A stretch of 64,000 bases of DNA from assembly GCF_964188315.1 (NCBI RefSeq), contig NC_135655.1, positions 82,646,001-82,710,000 on the forward strand, read 5' to 3'. Source of the DNA: Podarcis muralis. Its lineage: Eukaryota. The notes beneath the pieces are model-generated. The model was not told the origin of the DNA. It worked only from the letters and a program-made list of their open reading frames with translations, and searched no databases. A program made the position numbers and the translations under genes. This document shows positions 11,258-24,069 of this stretch, one piece after another. How positions within the stretch are numbered: position 1 is the stretch's first letter; each line of letters starts with the position of its first letter.

Positions 11258-11810
11258 CAGGGGTAGGCAACCTAAGGCCCATGGGCCACAAGCGGCCCAT
11301 GGGGGTCATTTAACCGGCCCACGAGCCACCCCCAAACCGAGCTGCCCACTTGGCGAGTCCCCGCACGCTGTGCTAAACCAGCACAGCGCGGTGCGGGGAC
11401 TCGCTTCCGCAGTGCCAGAAATTGCATCTGTGCAGACGCAGGAAATCGCGGGCGGGTAGAAGAAGAAGAAGAAGAAGAAGAGTTTGGATTTGATATCCCG
11501 CCTTTCACTCCCTTTAAGGAGTCTCAAAGCGGCTAACATTCTCCTTTCCCTTCCTACCCCACAACAAACACTCTGTGAGGTGAGTGAGGCTGAGAGACTT
11601 CAAGGAAGTGTGACTGGCCCAAGGTCACCCAGCAGCTGCAAGTGGAGGAGCGGAGACGCGAACCCGGTTCCCCAGATTAGCAGACTACCGCTCTTAACCA
11701 CTACACCACACTGGCTCTCGGGTACACTCACACTCATGCACAATCCGGCCCACAGAGGGATCTCTGCTGGAGTGAACAGGCCCAGGCGAGGTAAACCTTG
11801 CCGACCCCTG
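11258..11810. mobile_element. hAT MITE with a nested SINE
   Basis: CAGGGGTAGGCAACC..CTTGCCGACCCCTG; 8-bp TSD ACCTTATG at 11250-11257 and 11811-11818. Confidence 0.9.
11459..11719 (-). mobile_element. tRNA/CORE SINE (Squam3-like) with (CTT)n tail
   Basis: Minus-strand head GAGAGCCAGTGTGGTGTAGTGGTTAAGAGC, CORE-like GGGTGACCTTGGGCCAGTCAC; GGGTA repeated on both sides; same family as 54970-55216. Confidence 0.8.
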
Positions 11811-12094
11811 ACCTTATGCATGCAAAGCAGATTCTCTATCACTGAGATACAGCCCTCCCCTCATAACGCTTTCTGCTTCTATCACTGCCTGTTGAAAAGG
11901 TCCTTTCTGCTGTATGTCTCATTGAAAAGATGCAACGTGCATGTATATGTCAAAGGGAATATGCGTGCTCAGAAGCATGGGATATTTACCCTCCCACTCA
12001 GTATAAACACCTATGTTTTCATTGTGTTTTTTAAAACTATAAATAACTGTTTTTTATCCTTCTGTATTCTATTTTAATAATGATTATTTATTTC

Positions 12095-12636
12095 ATTTAT
12101 TTATTTATACCCCGCCCATCTGGCTGGATTTCCCCAGCCACTCTGAGCGGCTTCCAGCAGAATATTAAAATACAATGATTCATCAAATATTAAAAGCTTC
12201 CCTAAACCGGGCTGCCTTCAGATGACTTCTAAAAGTCTGATAGATGTTTATGTCTTTGACATCTGATGGGAGGACATTCCACAGGGCAGGCACCACTACT
12301 GAGAAGGCCCTCTTCCTGGTTGCCTGTAACTTCACTTCTCGCAGGGAGGGAACCGCCAGAAGGTCCTTGGCGCTGGACCTCAGCGTCCGGGCAGAACAAT
12401 GGGGGTGGAGACACTCCTTCAGGTATGCTGGGCCAAGGCCATTTAGGGCTTTAAAGGTCAGCACCAACACTTTGAATTGTGCCCGGAAACATACTGGGAG
12501 CCAACGTAGGTCTTTCAGGACCAATGTTATGTGGTCTCGGCGGCCGCTCCCAGTCACTAGTCTAGCTGCCACATTCTGGAACAGTTGTAGTTTCCGGGTC
12601 ACCTTCAAAGGTAGCCCCAAGTAGAGCACATTGCAG
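12095..12636 (-). mobile_element. L2 LINE 3' fragment
   Basis: ORF 12183..12629: KLQLFQNVAARLVTG..DHITLVLKDLRWLPV.FRAQFKVLVLTFKALNGLGPAYL, the L2 ORF2 C-terminus; (TAAA)n tail. Confidence 0.9.
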
Positions 12637-15600
12637 TTTAGCCCATCACATTGTTTTGTGAGCTACCCATGTTATGGGACACTTATTTTTTATTATTATT
12701 ATTATTATTATTATCATCATCATTATTAGTTAGTTAGTTTTTAGTGCTTTTAAGCATTGAAGCACATAACTGTTCAGAATAGTTCCATTTCATTCAGCCA
12801 AAGCTCCCTGTTTATAGAGAACGGGCTGCCTGACTCACCAAGTGAAAAGTTTGCAGTTTTATATGCTAATGCTCAATCCAAACTGAGTTCAGTGGGTTGC
12901 TAGCTAGTCAGCTGAGTGTATGCAAAAAGCTTGCTTTTCTTCATGGGGAAAACAGAGCTGCAGAATTGGGCTGGAAACATCTGACCAGTGTAATAACACA
13001 AGGATATTACAAGCTCGCTCTGTAAAACTAAGTGCCCCAGGGAATTCTGCTGCTAACAAGGTAACAGCCAAATATTTATCCCTCTTTGGCAAATGAGCAG
13101 GGCAATGTGGGACAACCATGGTGTCCTGCTTGCAGTTACAGATAAATGGGAAAGAAAGAAGACAGTTTCTGATGTCCTAAGCCTGGGTGACAGCCAGGAG
13201 CTCATCCTCCCTGCCGCAACCTCACAACTCTGATGTTCACTCACTTCCAGTGAAGTGCTGAAATGTGAGCTTTGTCTGCATGGGAGTGCTTTAGTGATGT
13301 CCACAGTTACTTTTCCACTGCTTAACTGGCTTTCAGCAGCATTGGATGTTATTCCCTGGTCCTAGCCAAGATTCTGACATAGCCTGGGTAACTGAAAACT
13401 AGCCCATCAATTGTTTGTTGCTTTGTTACATCCACATCTCACATTTCCTCCCAGAATCTTAACCCATGTGGTAGGTTAGACATAAGGACAGCAAACTGTT
13501 ACTTACATGAAAATTTGGATTCCAAATAAATGAAGATTGGTGGAGTTCCTTCCTTACAAGCTTGGCTAGGCAGTTGTTTATCTAGTGCCACTACAATCTT
13601 TAACCATCCATTCTTTCCACTTGCCTACAAAAAGATGGAAGTGTCTGGGTCTGCCACTCCAAACCTCACCAAAAGCACAGGGAATGCAGATCAGGTCTCT
13701 GTTAGCTCCCAACCAGTGATTAAGAAACATTTTTAATTATTATTATTATTTTAAAAAATTGTACGGCACTTAATTGTCAAAATCACTAAGCAGTTTCAAG
13801 ATACAGCATGAATAATTATTTCTCAGGCACTTCCAGACAATCTGTTTAATGATCACTCAGCGTGATTTGTTTGTGGAAGAATTCAACAAGATTGCACCAA
13901 GCAAGTGTTACCCCACAACCCCACACTTTCCAGTGCATTTTTCCATCACAAAAAGTCTGACCTTTCAGGAAAGTAGCTTTGTTGTGCATGGGCTCCAAAT
14001 CAGTTTTAACTGCACAGCCTGAATTTGCCGTAGTGGGACTGAATCACACCCCAAAAACAGCAGCAATCTGGAAGCACTCTTAGTTGATGTGCAATCCCGT
14101 TTCAAAATATGAGAATGCATTGCCTTAATTAACACTAAATGCTTTACTGCTGCTACATCAGAAAGAAGAGGCTTTACAAGCAACTTTTAAATCTGGGGAG
14201 CTTTTGAAGGTTTTCTTTCCCCCATTTAATGGCCCTAGAGGAAGCCAATTAAATCATGCTCAAAGTGGTTGCATGTTGCACAATTCCTTCAGAGAGTTTG
14301 TGAATACCAATTTTTTTTCTCACTTTTCCCACAGGAACATCCATTCATTCCTCCCTGAATTATCACATTTTGTAGTCACCATGTGATAGTTCAACACAGT
14401 CCTCAGTAAGTCTTTAACATGGGGAGTATAAAAGCATGTTAAAATCAATCAAAACAGGATTTCAGGGAATTAAAATTAGTCTGATCTTGTGGATGAAAGA
14501 AAGCCTGGGGAAAATCTTTACCAGAAGACCTCTGGTGGGGTCTCAGTGTGGGGACTATGATGAGCCAGACCTGGGTTTGAATGTCACCTCAAGCGAATGT
14601 CTTGGAGAGGGCGAGATTTTCTTTCCTCGGTTCTCCTCCTTCCTCCCTGCCCCACATTTTTACAGTATGGTCTGAGATCCTTTCAGCTGCTAATGCTATG
14701 TTGAGGATTAAATTTGGGCCCTTATGCCAAGAACGCGAGATGCTGCCTTACACCCCATCAGGCTGTTGGGCTACCTTAGTTCAGTATTGACTACATCTGA
14801 CTTTGCCAGCATGGTTCTTGCAGGTGTCATGGTGCCCACCATATGCTGCTAAGGTGCCCACCACTCATCAAGTCACATCACCCATCCAGCAAAGGAATAA
14901 TGGGGAGCTCACTTTACACGCCCAATTGTTCCTTTGAAGCGCTACCCTTACCCATCCCACACCTGATGTCAGGTGTGGAAAGGGTTGCTGTGGGTTTTCC
15001 AAAATGGCCTTGTGAGCCAAATGGGGAGAAAGGGATTTCAGGATTTAATACTAATCATCATCATCATCATCTTATAAATTGTGTGTCACTGTTTCCCAAC
15101 TTAACCCTTTTACATGGTTTTGTATGTATTGCAGTATTTTATGCATTGTGACTTGCTGTTATTTTTATTGATTATAGTTTAGTAATTATTTATTGCAATT
15201 GTTAAGAGTGAATTTCTGTTTAATCATTGTTTGCTGATATTTGATTTCATTGTGCACTGCTATATTCTAATGGATTATTGAATATTGCTTTGTTTGATAT
15301 AAGTTGTGTATAAGTTATATTTTTATTATGACTTTTTTGAATTGGATTAGATTGTTATAATGTGTGTGATCTTTGTTGTTTCTTCAGCTTGTAAACCGCC
15401 ATGTATATAGTAATATAGAAAGGCAGTATACAAATTAAAAGTTAAATGAAATGAGGAAGGCCGGTGAGCTAAGTTTGGCCTGCAAACTGGAGGTTCAGCA
15501 CCTATGTCTGAAGCATATATCTGTAGTGGAGATAGGCTTCCGGCTCAGAGCCACTCTAGATCCTCATAAAAAATCTGTAATGTGTTCACTGCAGATGTCC

Positions 15601-15770
15601 AAAGTATTATCTGAATTTGGAGTGGGGGGCTTCAAAGGGGGGTGTTTCTGAATTATAACTCCTTCTTAAATAATATTTCCACACTCAAGACAGGTTTGAT
15701 CTTTGTTGAGTATGCCAATCGAAAGGCCAGATGATTACAAATATTCCAAGGACAGGAGAACTAACCCATT

Positions 15771-18020
15771 TTATTTTGGCTTCCCAAGCCTCTGTGTCTT
15801 CCTCCACAGCTTCTTCGTGGCATTTTTCATCTCGGCATTCCTCAGCGAGTAAATGATTGGGTTCAACATAGGCATGAGGATAGGGTAGAACAGAGCAAAC
15901 ACTTTATCCACTGCTTTTTTTTAAAATGATATTTATTAGAGGTTTAATAGTTACAGAAAAAAGAAGAAAGAAACAATAAAAAGTTAAACAAAACAAAACA
16001 ATACCTTACAATACATCAGAAATAAAAAGAAAAACAAAAAACAATACAGCAAAACAACAAGAAAAGCAAAAACATTTAAAAACACATCCAATATTTCCGT
16101 ATCTTTACCTTTCATTTACTTGTTTCATCGACCTCCTCACACCTCCCTTTTTTGTATTCTAGTTCAATTAGCTATTTCAGCAAATCCTTTCCATCTTTCT
16201 CAATTTTTGTTCTATAATTTATCTTAACACAATCTAACCTTAAATTTTCAACTTTGGCCCATTAACAATCTATTTTTACTTAATTCTTTATAACATTTCT
16301 GCTAAAGCAATATAACTTCATTCCAGCATCCTTCTAACATTCATTAATTTTGCAATATTTCTGTAAATATACTTTGAATTTTTTCCAATCTTCTTCCACC
16401 GACTCTTCTCCCTGGTCTCGGATTCTGCCAGTCATTTCCGCCAATTCCTTATAGTCCATCAGCTTCATCTGCCATTCTTCCCAGGTGGGTAGATCTTGTG
16501 TCTTCCAATGCTTTGCGATAAGTATTCTTGCTGCTGTTGTAGCATACATAAAGAAAGTTCTATCCTTCTTTGGCACCAATTGGCCGACCATGCCCAGGAG
16601 AAAGGCCTCTGGTTTCTTCAGGAAGGTATATTTAAATACCTTTTTCATTTCATTATAAATCATCTCCCAGAAATTCTTGATCCTTGGGCATGTCCACCAA
16701 AGGTGAAAGAATGTACCTTCAGTCTCATTACATTTCCAGCATTTATTATCGGGCAAATGGTAGATTTTTGCAAGCTTGACTGGTGTTATGGTTTTTAAAC
16801 GCTTTATGTGCTTTAACCTTGTCATACCACAGATATGCATGCCAACCAAATACATTGTTGAAACCTTCCAAATCCAACACATCAGTGTTTTCAAGAAGCA
16901 TCCATTCTCTCAGCCAACAAAAAGCGGCTGATTCATAATAAAGTTTAAGGTCTGGCAGGGCAAATCCACCTCTTTCTTTAGCATCAGTTAATATCTTAAA
17001 TTTTATTCGAGGCTTCTTTCCCTGCCAGACAAATCTAGAGATATCTCTCTGCCACTTCTTGAAACAGTCCATTTTGTCCAAAATTTGCAATGTTTGAAAC
17101 AGAAACAGCATCCTTGGCAATACGTTCATTTTTATCACAGCAATTCGGCCTAACAGTGATAACTTCAAGTTTGACCATATTTCTAAGTCCTTTTTCACTT
17201 CAGTCCAACATCACTTTATCCACTGCTAAGGTAGTAGAAGGGCAGACATAGATGAACAGGCAGGGCACAAACAGAATGAGCACCACAGTGATGTGGGAAG
17301 CAAAGGTGGAGAGGGCTTTTTGCCTCCCCTCAAAGCACTGTGTGCGGAGGGTGAATAAGATGACACCATAGGACACAACCAGCACCAGGAAACATCCCAA
17401 AGCAATCATCCCAGTGTTGCCAACAACCAAGGCTCCAACAATGTGGGTGTCACTGCAGGCCAGCTTGAGCAAAGGGTAGATGTCACAGAAATAGTGGTCA
17501 ATCTCATTAGGCCCACAAAAGGGCAGCTTTATAGTGAGAATAGTCTGGACCATTGAATGCATAAGTCCTCCAGCCAAATGGCTACAACCAGCTGGTGACA
17601 GACTCACCTGCTCATGATGGCTGTGTAGTGAAGGGGCTTGCAGATGGTGACATAGTGGTCATAAGCCATCACTGTGAGGATAAGGATCTCAGTGCAACCA
17701 AAGATGTGCACAGAAAAGAGCTGAGCAATGCAGCCCACAAATGAAATGGTTTTCTCCTTGGCAAGCAAGTCTGCAGTCAGCTCGGGCACCACAGCAAATG
17801 AATAGCAGGTGTCCACAAATGACAGGACAGAAAGGAAGAAGTACATGGGCGTGTGGAGGCGCTGGCTGGACCGCACAGTGACCACGATCAGAAGGTTCCC
17901 CAGAACAATCACTAAGTAGATGAGCAGAAACAGGAGAAAGCAGGCTTGTTGGACCTGCTCGTTTTGGGATAGTCCCAAGAGGATGAATTCTGTCACATTA
18001 TTAGTGTTCTCCATCGGCAT
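15771..18020 (-). pseudogene. Olfactory receptor family 4-like pseudogene split by an L1
   Basis: Starts MPMENTNNVTEF at 18020; TGA at 17604-17606; 1-bp frameshift near 17573; L1 at 15916-17211; the reading resumes [24 protein letters not shown] and ends at TAA 15771. Confidence 0.92.
15916..17211 (-). mobile_element. L1 LINE, 5'-truncated
   Basis: ORF2 motifs LSLLGRIAVIKMNVLPR, GGFALPDLKLYY, CWKC, HLWWTCP; short poly(A); 16-bp TSD CACTTTATCCACTGCT at 15900-15915 and 17212-17227. Confidence 0.93.
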
Positions 18021-18624
18021 GGAGGTGGGGTGCAGTTTCACCTGAAACAGTCCAGAAAAATAATTTGTGATTGTTTCAAACCTATCTGAACGAACCTTCA
18101 AGGAAGCTGACCTCTCTCTTTCCCAACTGACCACAATTAGATGAAACATGTTGATTGGCAATCTATTGAGCCAAAAGCATACGAGGCACAAAATGAGTGA
18201 GCTGTAAGCTTTGATTTGACCATTTGAGCTTAATGCTGGTACACAAGCTTCCAGAGTTCTTGCTTATTTTTCTCAAATAAGAAATATGTGAAGGTCAAAA
18301 TCTTTCATAGGAAGGATTGGCAAAGAAATAATAATATATATTTCCCAGCTTACCCTAAGGCTACAGCCAATGCACACTTACTTGAGAGTAAGTCTCAATG
18401 GGGCTTGCTTTTGAGTAGACATGTATGCTACAACCTGTACCGATTGTTTAATGAGCAAACACACAAGTAAAAATGACTAAAATAGAACCAACACAGTGGT
18501 AGCTTAAGGGAAACTGCCTTTCCAGATTTCAGTATAACAATTAGCCACTTCTGTAAATGCAAGCAGAATATCCCTGTCCCCAGTGTTCATATGAGAGTCA
18601 TAAACTTGCATCTCTTGTTATTTC

Positions 18625-19548
18625 TCACTCCATAAATACTTTTTTGCTCCATAATTTTCTCATGGCATTTTTCACCTCTTCATTTCTCAGTGTATAAATT
18701 AAGGGATTGAGCAGAGGGGTGATAATAGTATAGAATAAAGCCACACTCTTGTCCTGCGAAAATGTGGTGGGAGGCCTCAGGTAGATGAAGATGCAGGGTC
18801 CAAAATATAAGATCACAACAGCGATGTGGGAAGCGCAGGTGGAGAGGGCTTTTAGGCGTCCTTCGGAAGAATGAGTTCTCAGCATAACTAGAATGCTGAT
18901 GTATGAAACTGCCAAGACAAGAAAGCTGGTCAGAGATATCATGCCACTATTGGCAATGACCATGAGTCCAACAATGTAAGTATTGGTACAGGCCAATTTC
19001 AGTAAAGGGTGAACATCACAGAAATAGTGGTCAATTTCATTGGGCCCACAGAAGGGCAGCTGTATAGTAAGGAGAGTCTGGACTATTGAGTGAAGAAACC
19101 CACCTAGGAATGAGCCTGCCACCATTAAACCACATACATTCTTGCTCATAATAGTTGTGTAATGGAGGGGTTTGCAGATGGCTATGTACCGGTCATACGC
19201 CATTGATGTGAGAAGGAAGATCTCAGTGCCACCAAAGAAATGAATGAAGAATAGCTGTATTATGCAACCAACAAAGGAGATTGTCTTCTTCTCAACAAGG
19301 AAATCTGCAATCATTTTGGGAGCAGTAACAGAGGAGTAGGAGATGTCCACAAAGGAGAGGTAACTAAGGAAGAAATACATAGGAGAGTTCAGACGGGAGC
19401 TGCTTTTGATGGTGACTATGATAAGTAGATTCCCCAACACTATTGCTGTGTAGAAGACCAGAAAGAGCCCAAAACAGGCTTTCTGTATGTTTGGATCCGG
19501 GGTAAGCCCCAAGAGGATGAATTCAGACACATTGTTTCTGTTCTCCAT
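18625..19548 (-). CDS. Olfactory receptor, family 4-like, intact (307 aa; type A)
   Basis: [73 protein letters not shown]. Confidence 0.96.
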   Translation of the reverse strand: MENRNNVSEFILLGLTPDPNIQKACFGLFLVFYTAIVLGNLLIIVTIKSSSRLNSPMYFFLSYLSFVDISYSSVTAPKMIADFLVEKKTISFVGCIIQLFFIHFFGGTEIFLLTSMAYDRYIAICKPLHYTTIMSKNVCGLMVAGSFLGGFLHSIVQTLLTIQLPFCGPNEIDHYFCDVHPLLKLACTNTYIVGLMVIANSGMISLTSFLVLAVSYISILVMLRTHSSEGRLKALSTCASHIAVVILYFGPCIFIYLRPPTTFSQDKSVALFYTIITPLLNPLIYTLRNEEVKNAMRKLWSKKVFME

Positions 19549-21690
19549 GAAGTCAGCAGAGAAGATGATTACAATCCAGAATTAAAATAACCTGCCATCA
19601 GACAAAATAAAGAATAGAGTCAACTAAAAGTGATATTTTTAAGTAAACCTGAGAAAACTGTAGTTGTTTTCGTGACAGTTCAGAAATCTTGTGGGATGAT
19701 CCTTCTTTCATTAATTCTGAACAACTCTGAGAATCCATTGTTGTCTGCAGCTTTGTCGCATACTGCAAAGGGCCAAACTATACATGACACTGCACACACC
19801 ACTTTGAAGGACACCAAGGTTTTTTAAAATGTAAGAGCAGGGGCAGTGGGGCAGTTTTCATTGGGGTCACAAAACATTGGGGGGAGGGTAATCCACAAGC
19901 CCAATGAAAATCCCACTCCAGGCAGTGCTATTAGTCTTAGTGAGAAAGCGCCCATTAGCATCTATCAGAGCTTTTTTCCTAATACCAGGATGGCTCACAG
20001 CTGGGTAGAGAAGGGTTAAACTTCAGCTCCCTATGCATTGTGGTCCCAGTGAAAAATGTGGATTGGGGATACACATACTATTAAAATGTTCAAATGTCTG
20101 GTGTGCTTCTGAGTGGTGTTTTTCATCTTACATGCAGTTGGTCCCTAAAATCTCCAGTGTACAATGGACGGTGCACTGTACAGTGTACAGTGGAAGTGCT
20201 GACTAGTTATGGGGAGAATGTGACCAGGGCAACAAACAATCTCTTTGAATGCATTCCAAGGCTTTGCCTAGAATTAACTGGCATTGGAATCATATTTTTA
20301 TAGATAGAAGCTTTGTGCCTTTAATTAAAAGATCTTTCATGACTAGTGTTTGACAAACTTATGCCATCAGAAATGACACCCCGTTTCTCAAGTTATGAAA
20401 CCTGCATTACAAGATCAAATTAAAAGTTCTTCTTTGTATCAGGGTCTTATAGTATATAGGAATTTGGGGACATGCCCATCAGTGAAATTTATCATAGGAA
20501 CATGTTGTGCATGGTGTGACAGCAATACACAATGTGCTGTATCTAACACTTGGTACATCACCAGTTGATACATCACCAGAAAATCCACACCAGTTGCACA
20601 TTTTTACTGGCATGCAGCTGTTTCAAAGACAGGAACCCTACGGAAGGGTGGAGGGGACATGGATTTAGCATTAATCACATTTGAAGTTTTTGCCCACAAC
20701 CATCCACAGGCAAAACCCTCCCACCTTTTCCCACAATAGCAAGAGGGCAACACAAAAAAAAGCAACATGGCAGCATTCTCAACCCGATGGAATGTCACGG
20801 TTTTTCCTAATGGAAGTTCTGTTCCTTCAAAGAGCTGAGTGTGTCATCCCAAAATCCAACACGTTCATTGTATTGCAGTGACAAGGAAACTACCCCTACT
20901 GTATCTTTGAAGAAAAGTAACTTTTAGGGTGCAAGAGGTGGGGGTACTTAAGGGCATGCAGTACCGGCACCTCCCCCCACCCAATGTTAAAAGTGTAGCA
21001 CTTACTTTAACATGTTCGTGGTGAGTACCGACACCTTTTATTCTTTTTTAAAAAAGCACTGGATACAAGCATGCCTAACAAACCTCCAACCGAGCCTTGC
21101 CTGGGGAGACGGAACCAGTGGAATGTCATTCATACACTCCTTTTACTGGGCCCTATGTTAACTTGGTTCTGTTGGGATGTATAAAAAAATCTGTACTCGC
21201 TTTCCACAAGGAAATAAATGTTGTTGGCAGTAAAATAGGAATAATAATTTGATCATTTCCCAAATTTATATACTGCTTTTTAACTTGCTTTCTTCAAAGC
21301 AATTCATGAATCTTTATCTTACAGGGATTTTGTGAGAATAAATGAGATGGGGAAATTCTGTTACCTTCCCTTGCCCTTATGGCTAACAAGACAGGATATA
21401 TATAAAATTAGAATAACAGGGGGAACAAAACTTTGAGTCCTAACCAGCATTTTATTTTAATTTTTGCTTTAATCAGCAATCTACACACTTAAATCAATTG
21501 TTGCAGCCCTTCATTTATTACCTGGAGGGACTTCCTTAGATGCAATGCAGCAGGAGACCAGCTGAAGTTTGTACGGGGCCGTCTCTTTCTCTGACTGCCT
21601 CTGTCTCTCACACACATTCACACTGTTGTGCTCTAAGAACCTAGAAGCATGTGGCTTTGATCAAGCCCTCTTAGCAAATCAAGCCCTGCT

Positions 21691-21707
21691 TAATAAGCTC
21701 CCAGGAG
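21691..21707. promoter_or_regulatory. Candidate homeodomain + O/E composite site for the OR at 19548
   Basis: TAATAAGCTCCCAGGAG = TAAT core plus YYCARRRR; minus-strand donor CAG|GTAATA at 21521 lies between it and the CDS. Confidence 0.5.
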
Positions 21708-22799
21708 CATTGAGATGCCTTCCAGTGGAAAATGAGTCATTAGAGAAACAGCTCAACTTTTTTAATGCATAGGTTTGTATTCAACCAAGCTGTACTCGGA
21801 GCAGACCCATTGAAATTATTGGTCCCAAGTTAGGCCCATTAACTTCAATAGGTCTACTCTGAGCCGCACTAGCATGGGATACCATAGGATACAAATTTCA
21901 AGGAGGCATTTCGAGTTCTATCAGCCACAATGGCCATGTGTCCTTCATTGCAGAGAATAGCCCTCCATTTGAAGGCATCTTCTCTTTGAAGGGGTGACTT
22001 CTTTGAACCATAAAGAACCATAAGATGTGGAAGTGAGGAAGGGGAGTGAAGTTACCTATCAACAGTTAGTATTGAACATACTGAGCAAATGAAGGAGATC
22101 TGTAAAAAAAAAAGTTAGAGGTATGAATGTCTGTATATTTCCAATGTCTTTGAATAAAATGTGGGGAATAGCAATTTTGGGGGGAAATGCATTGATCTTG
22201 ATTTAGCAAGGCAGCATGTAGGTGTACTGCGTTCAATTTAATTGCTATAGATGTTGCCCTGAAAGATTTTCCCACTATTGGGTGGCACCAGGTAATGCTT
22301 CTGTAGTGGATTAAATATGCCAAAAAGTGGACTTCAGGTGTTTCACCATTAACCTTGAGTCATTAGGTTGTCACACACTTTTTTATTGCAAAAATAAATT
22401 AATTTAATTTAATGAATGAAGGAAAATATTTCTACAGCATTAAATATTTATATTGAGGAACCAGATTGAAAACAAGACAACAAATAAAATAACAGCTTCT
22501 AAAAATTAAACATTATTGGCACAACATTAATCAAATATTATATTTTAGTGCTATGCCTAGTGTGGATGCACAGGCAATAAGATTGTTAACAAAAGGAGAA
22601 ATTATGATTCCTGAATTTAGGAACCAGTTAAGGGTTAAGTATCAGAAATGTATTGGTTAAGACAAAATGCAAAGCAATATAATCTCAGTACACTAAAGAT
22701 AATATGGGGAAGGGAATCAGGTCATACTCTAAGTATGAAAACTTTGTACAAAAATGGAAGAAGAAGAAAACAGTAATATCAGAGCAAGAATTAGGAAAA

Positions 22800-23230
22800 A
22801 TCCACTTAAAGTTATATATTGGTACCACACACCCCAAAATAAGCTGCATATATGCTGGTGTGATCCCTTACTTTTGGAGAAAAGAATGTAAAGGCATAGG
22901 CTCTGTTGAGCCTATGAGCATAGGCTCATAGGTGAAGTTGAGAGGCAATACACAAACATTAGGAAACATTTTTCTAGAATGTAGCAAAATGGCAGGTCAC
23001 CATATTGAGACAGATCTCTCCCTGGAACTTTTAACCATCTTTGATGGGGAAAACATGGATCTCCCTCACAAAGTCATGATGTCACTTATTCTGGCAGCAG
23101 CCAGACTAGTGGTAACACTGGAAATCAGATGAGTGAGGATCAATAGATAGGATTTGGCATATTGATTTGTTAGATAAACTAAGCAACATAAATTAAAGCG
23201 ACTAGACAAGAAAACGCTATTGATGGCTTT
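22800..23230 (+). mobile_element. Old L1 ORF2 C-terminal remnant
   Basis: Degenerate H.WW.C..I..FW and LILAAARLVV motifs, heavily frameshifted. Confidence 0.5.
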
Positions 23231-24069
23231 TAAGGTCAATGGCAGGAATTTTTTCTATGGACAAAAGATAATCCCAATGAATCCCAAACTCCTGCCACCC
23301 GTAGAACTCTCTGAAGTCTCTTGTTGGAATAAGGAAAATTATATTGAATATATTGATAATCATAGAAACTGCTGCTGATTTACAACATAAGCAAAAACGT
23401 GCTTCATCATCCTTTGTTGTTATTGATGTCATTTTTATGGAATAAAACTTCAATAAACTGCAGTGAAAAGATTTTAACTATAAAAACATATTCAGATCAA
23501 TACAACCCTGTAGAGGTCATTCTACAAAGAAGGGTGAACAGACTTAAGGCTGGGGAGATTTACTTTGTTTTTACTTTTTAAAAATTGATTACATTTCTAT
23601 CCCACCTTTCCAAAGAACTCAAAGTGCTATGTGTGGTTCTTCCCTCCTCCTGATTTTATTCTTACAACCACCCAGGATAGGCTGGGAGACAGTGACCTCG
23701 TCTCCCAGGTCCTAGTCCAACACTCTAGCGACTGCACTACAATGGAGCCCAATATCTGCAAATGGCTGCTAGATACAAAGCAGCAGCTCAGGGGGCAGTG
23801 CTAATTGAGATGATCTGCATATCTAAGCACAAATTGACATCTGAGTTACTTCAATCAGCATCTTTAATATCATAATTTGGGAATAAGAGGGAGCATTTTT
23901 GTTGTTGCTATTATTACAAATTTGGGAATCAGAAATTCTTGCTGGTCTACTACAAAACTATGACTAGATTCCAATCTACCTTCTACTCAGCCCTTCCCTA
24001 AAGCACAATATCCACTGCTTATTTTAATCATTGCAATTCACATGGCTTAAATGAAAAAATATATAAATG

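Noticed and set aside
21790-21880. Hairpin TACTCGGAGCAGACCCATTGAA / TTCAATAGGTCTACTCTGAG as a structured ncRNA
   Set aside because: One arm recurs near 62065, consistent with an old palindromic MITE rather than a unique RNA.
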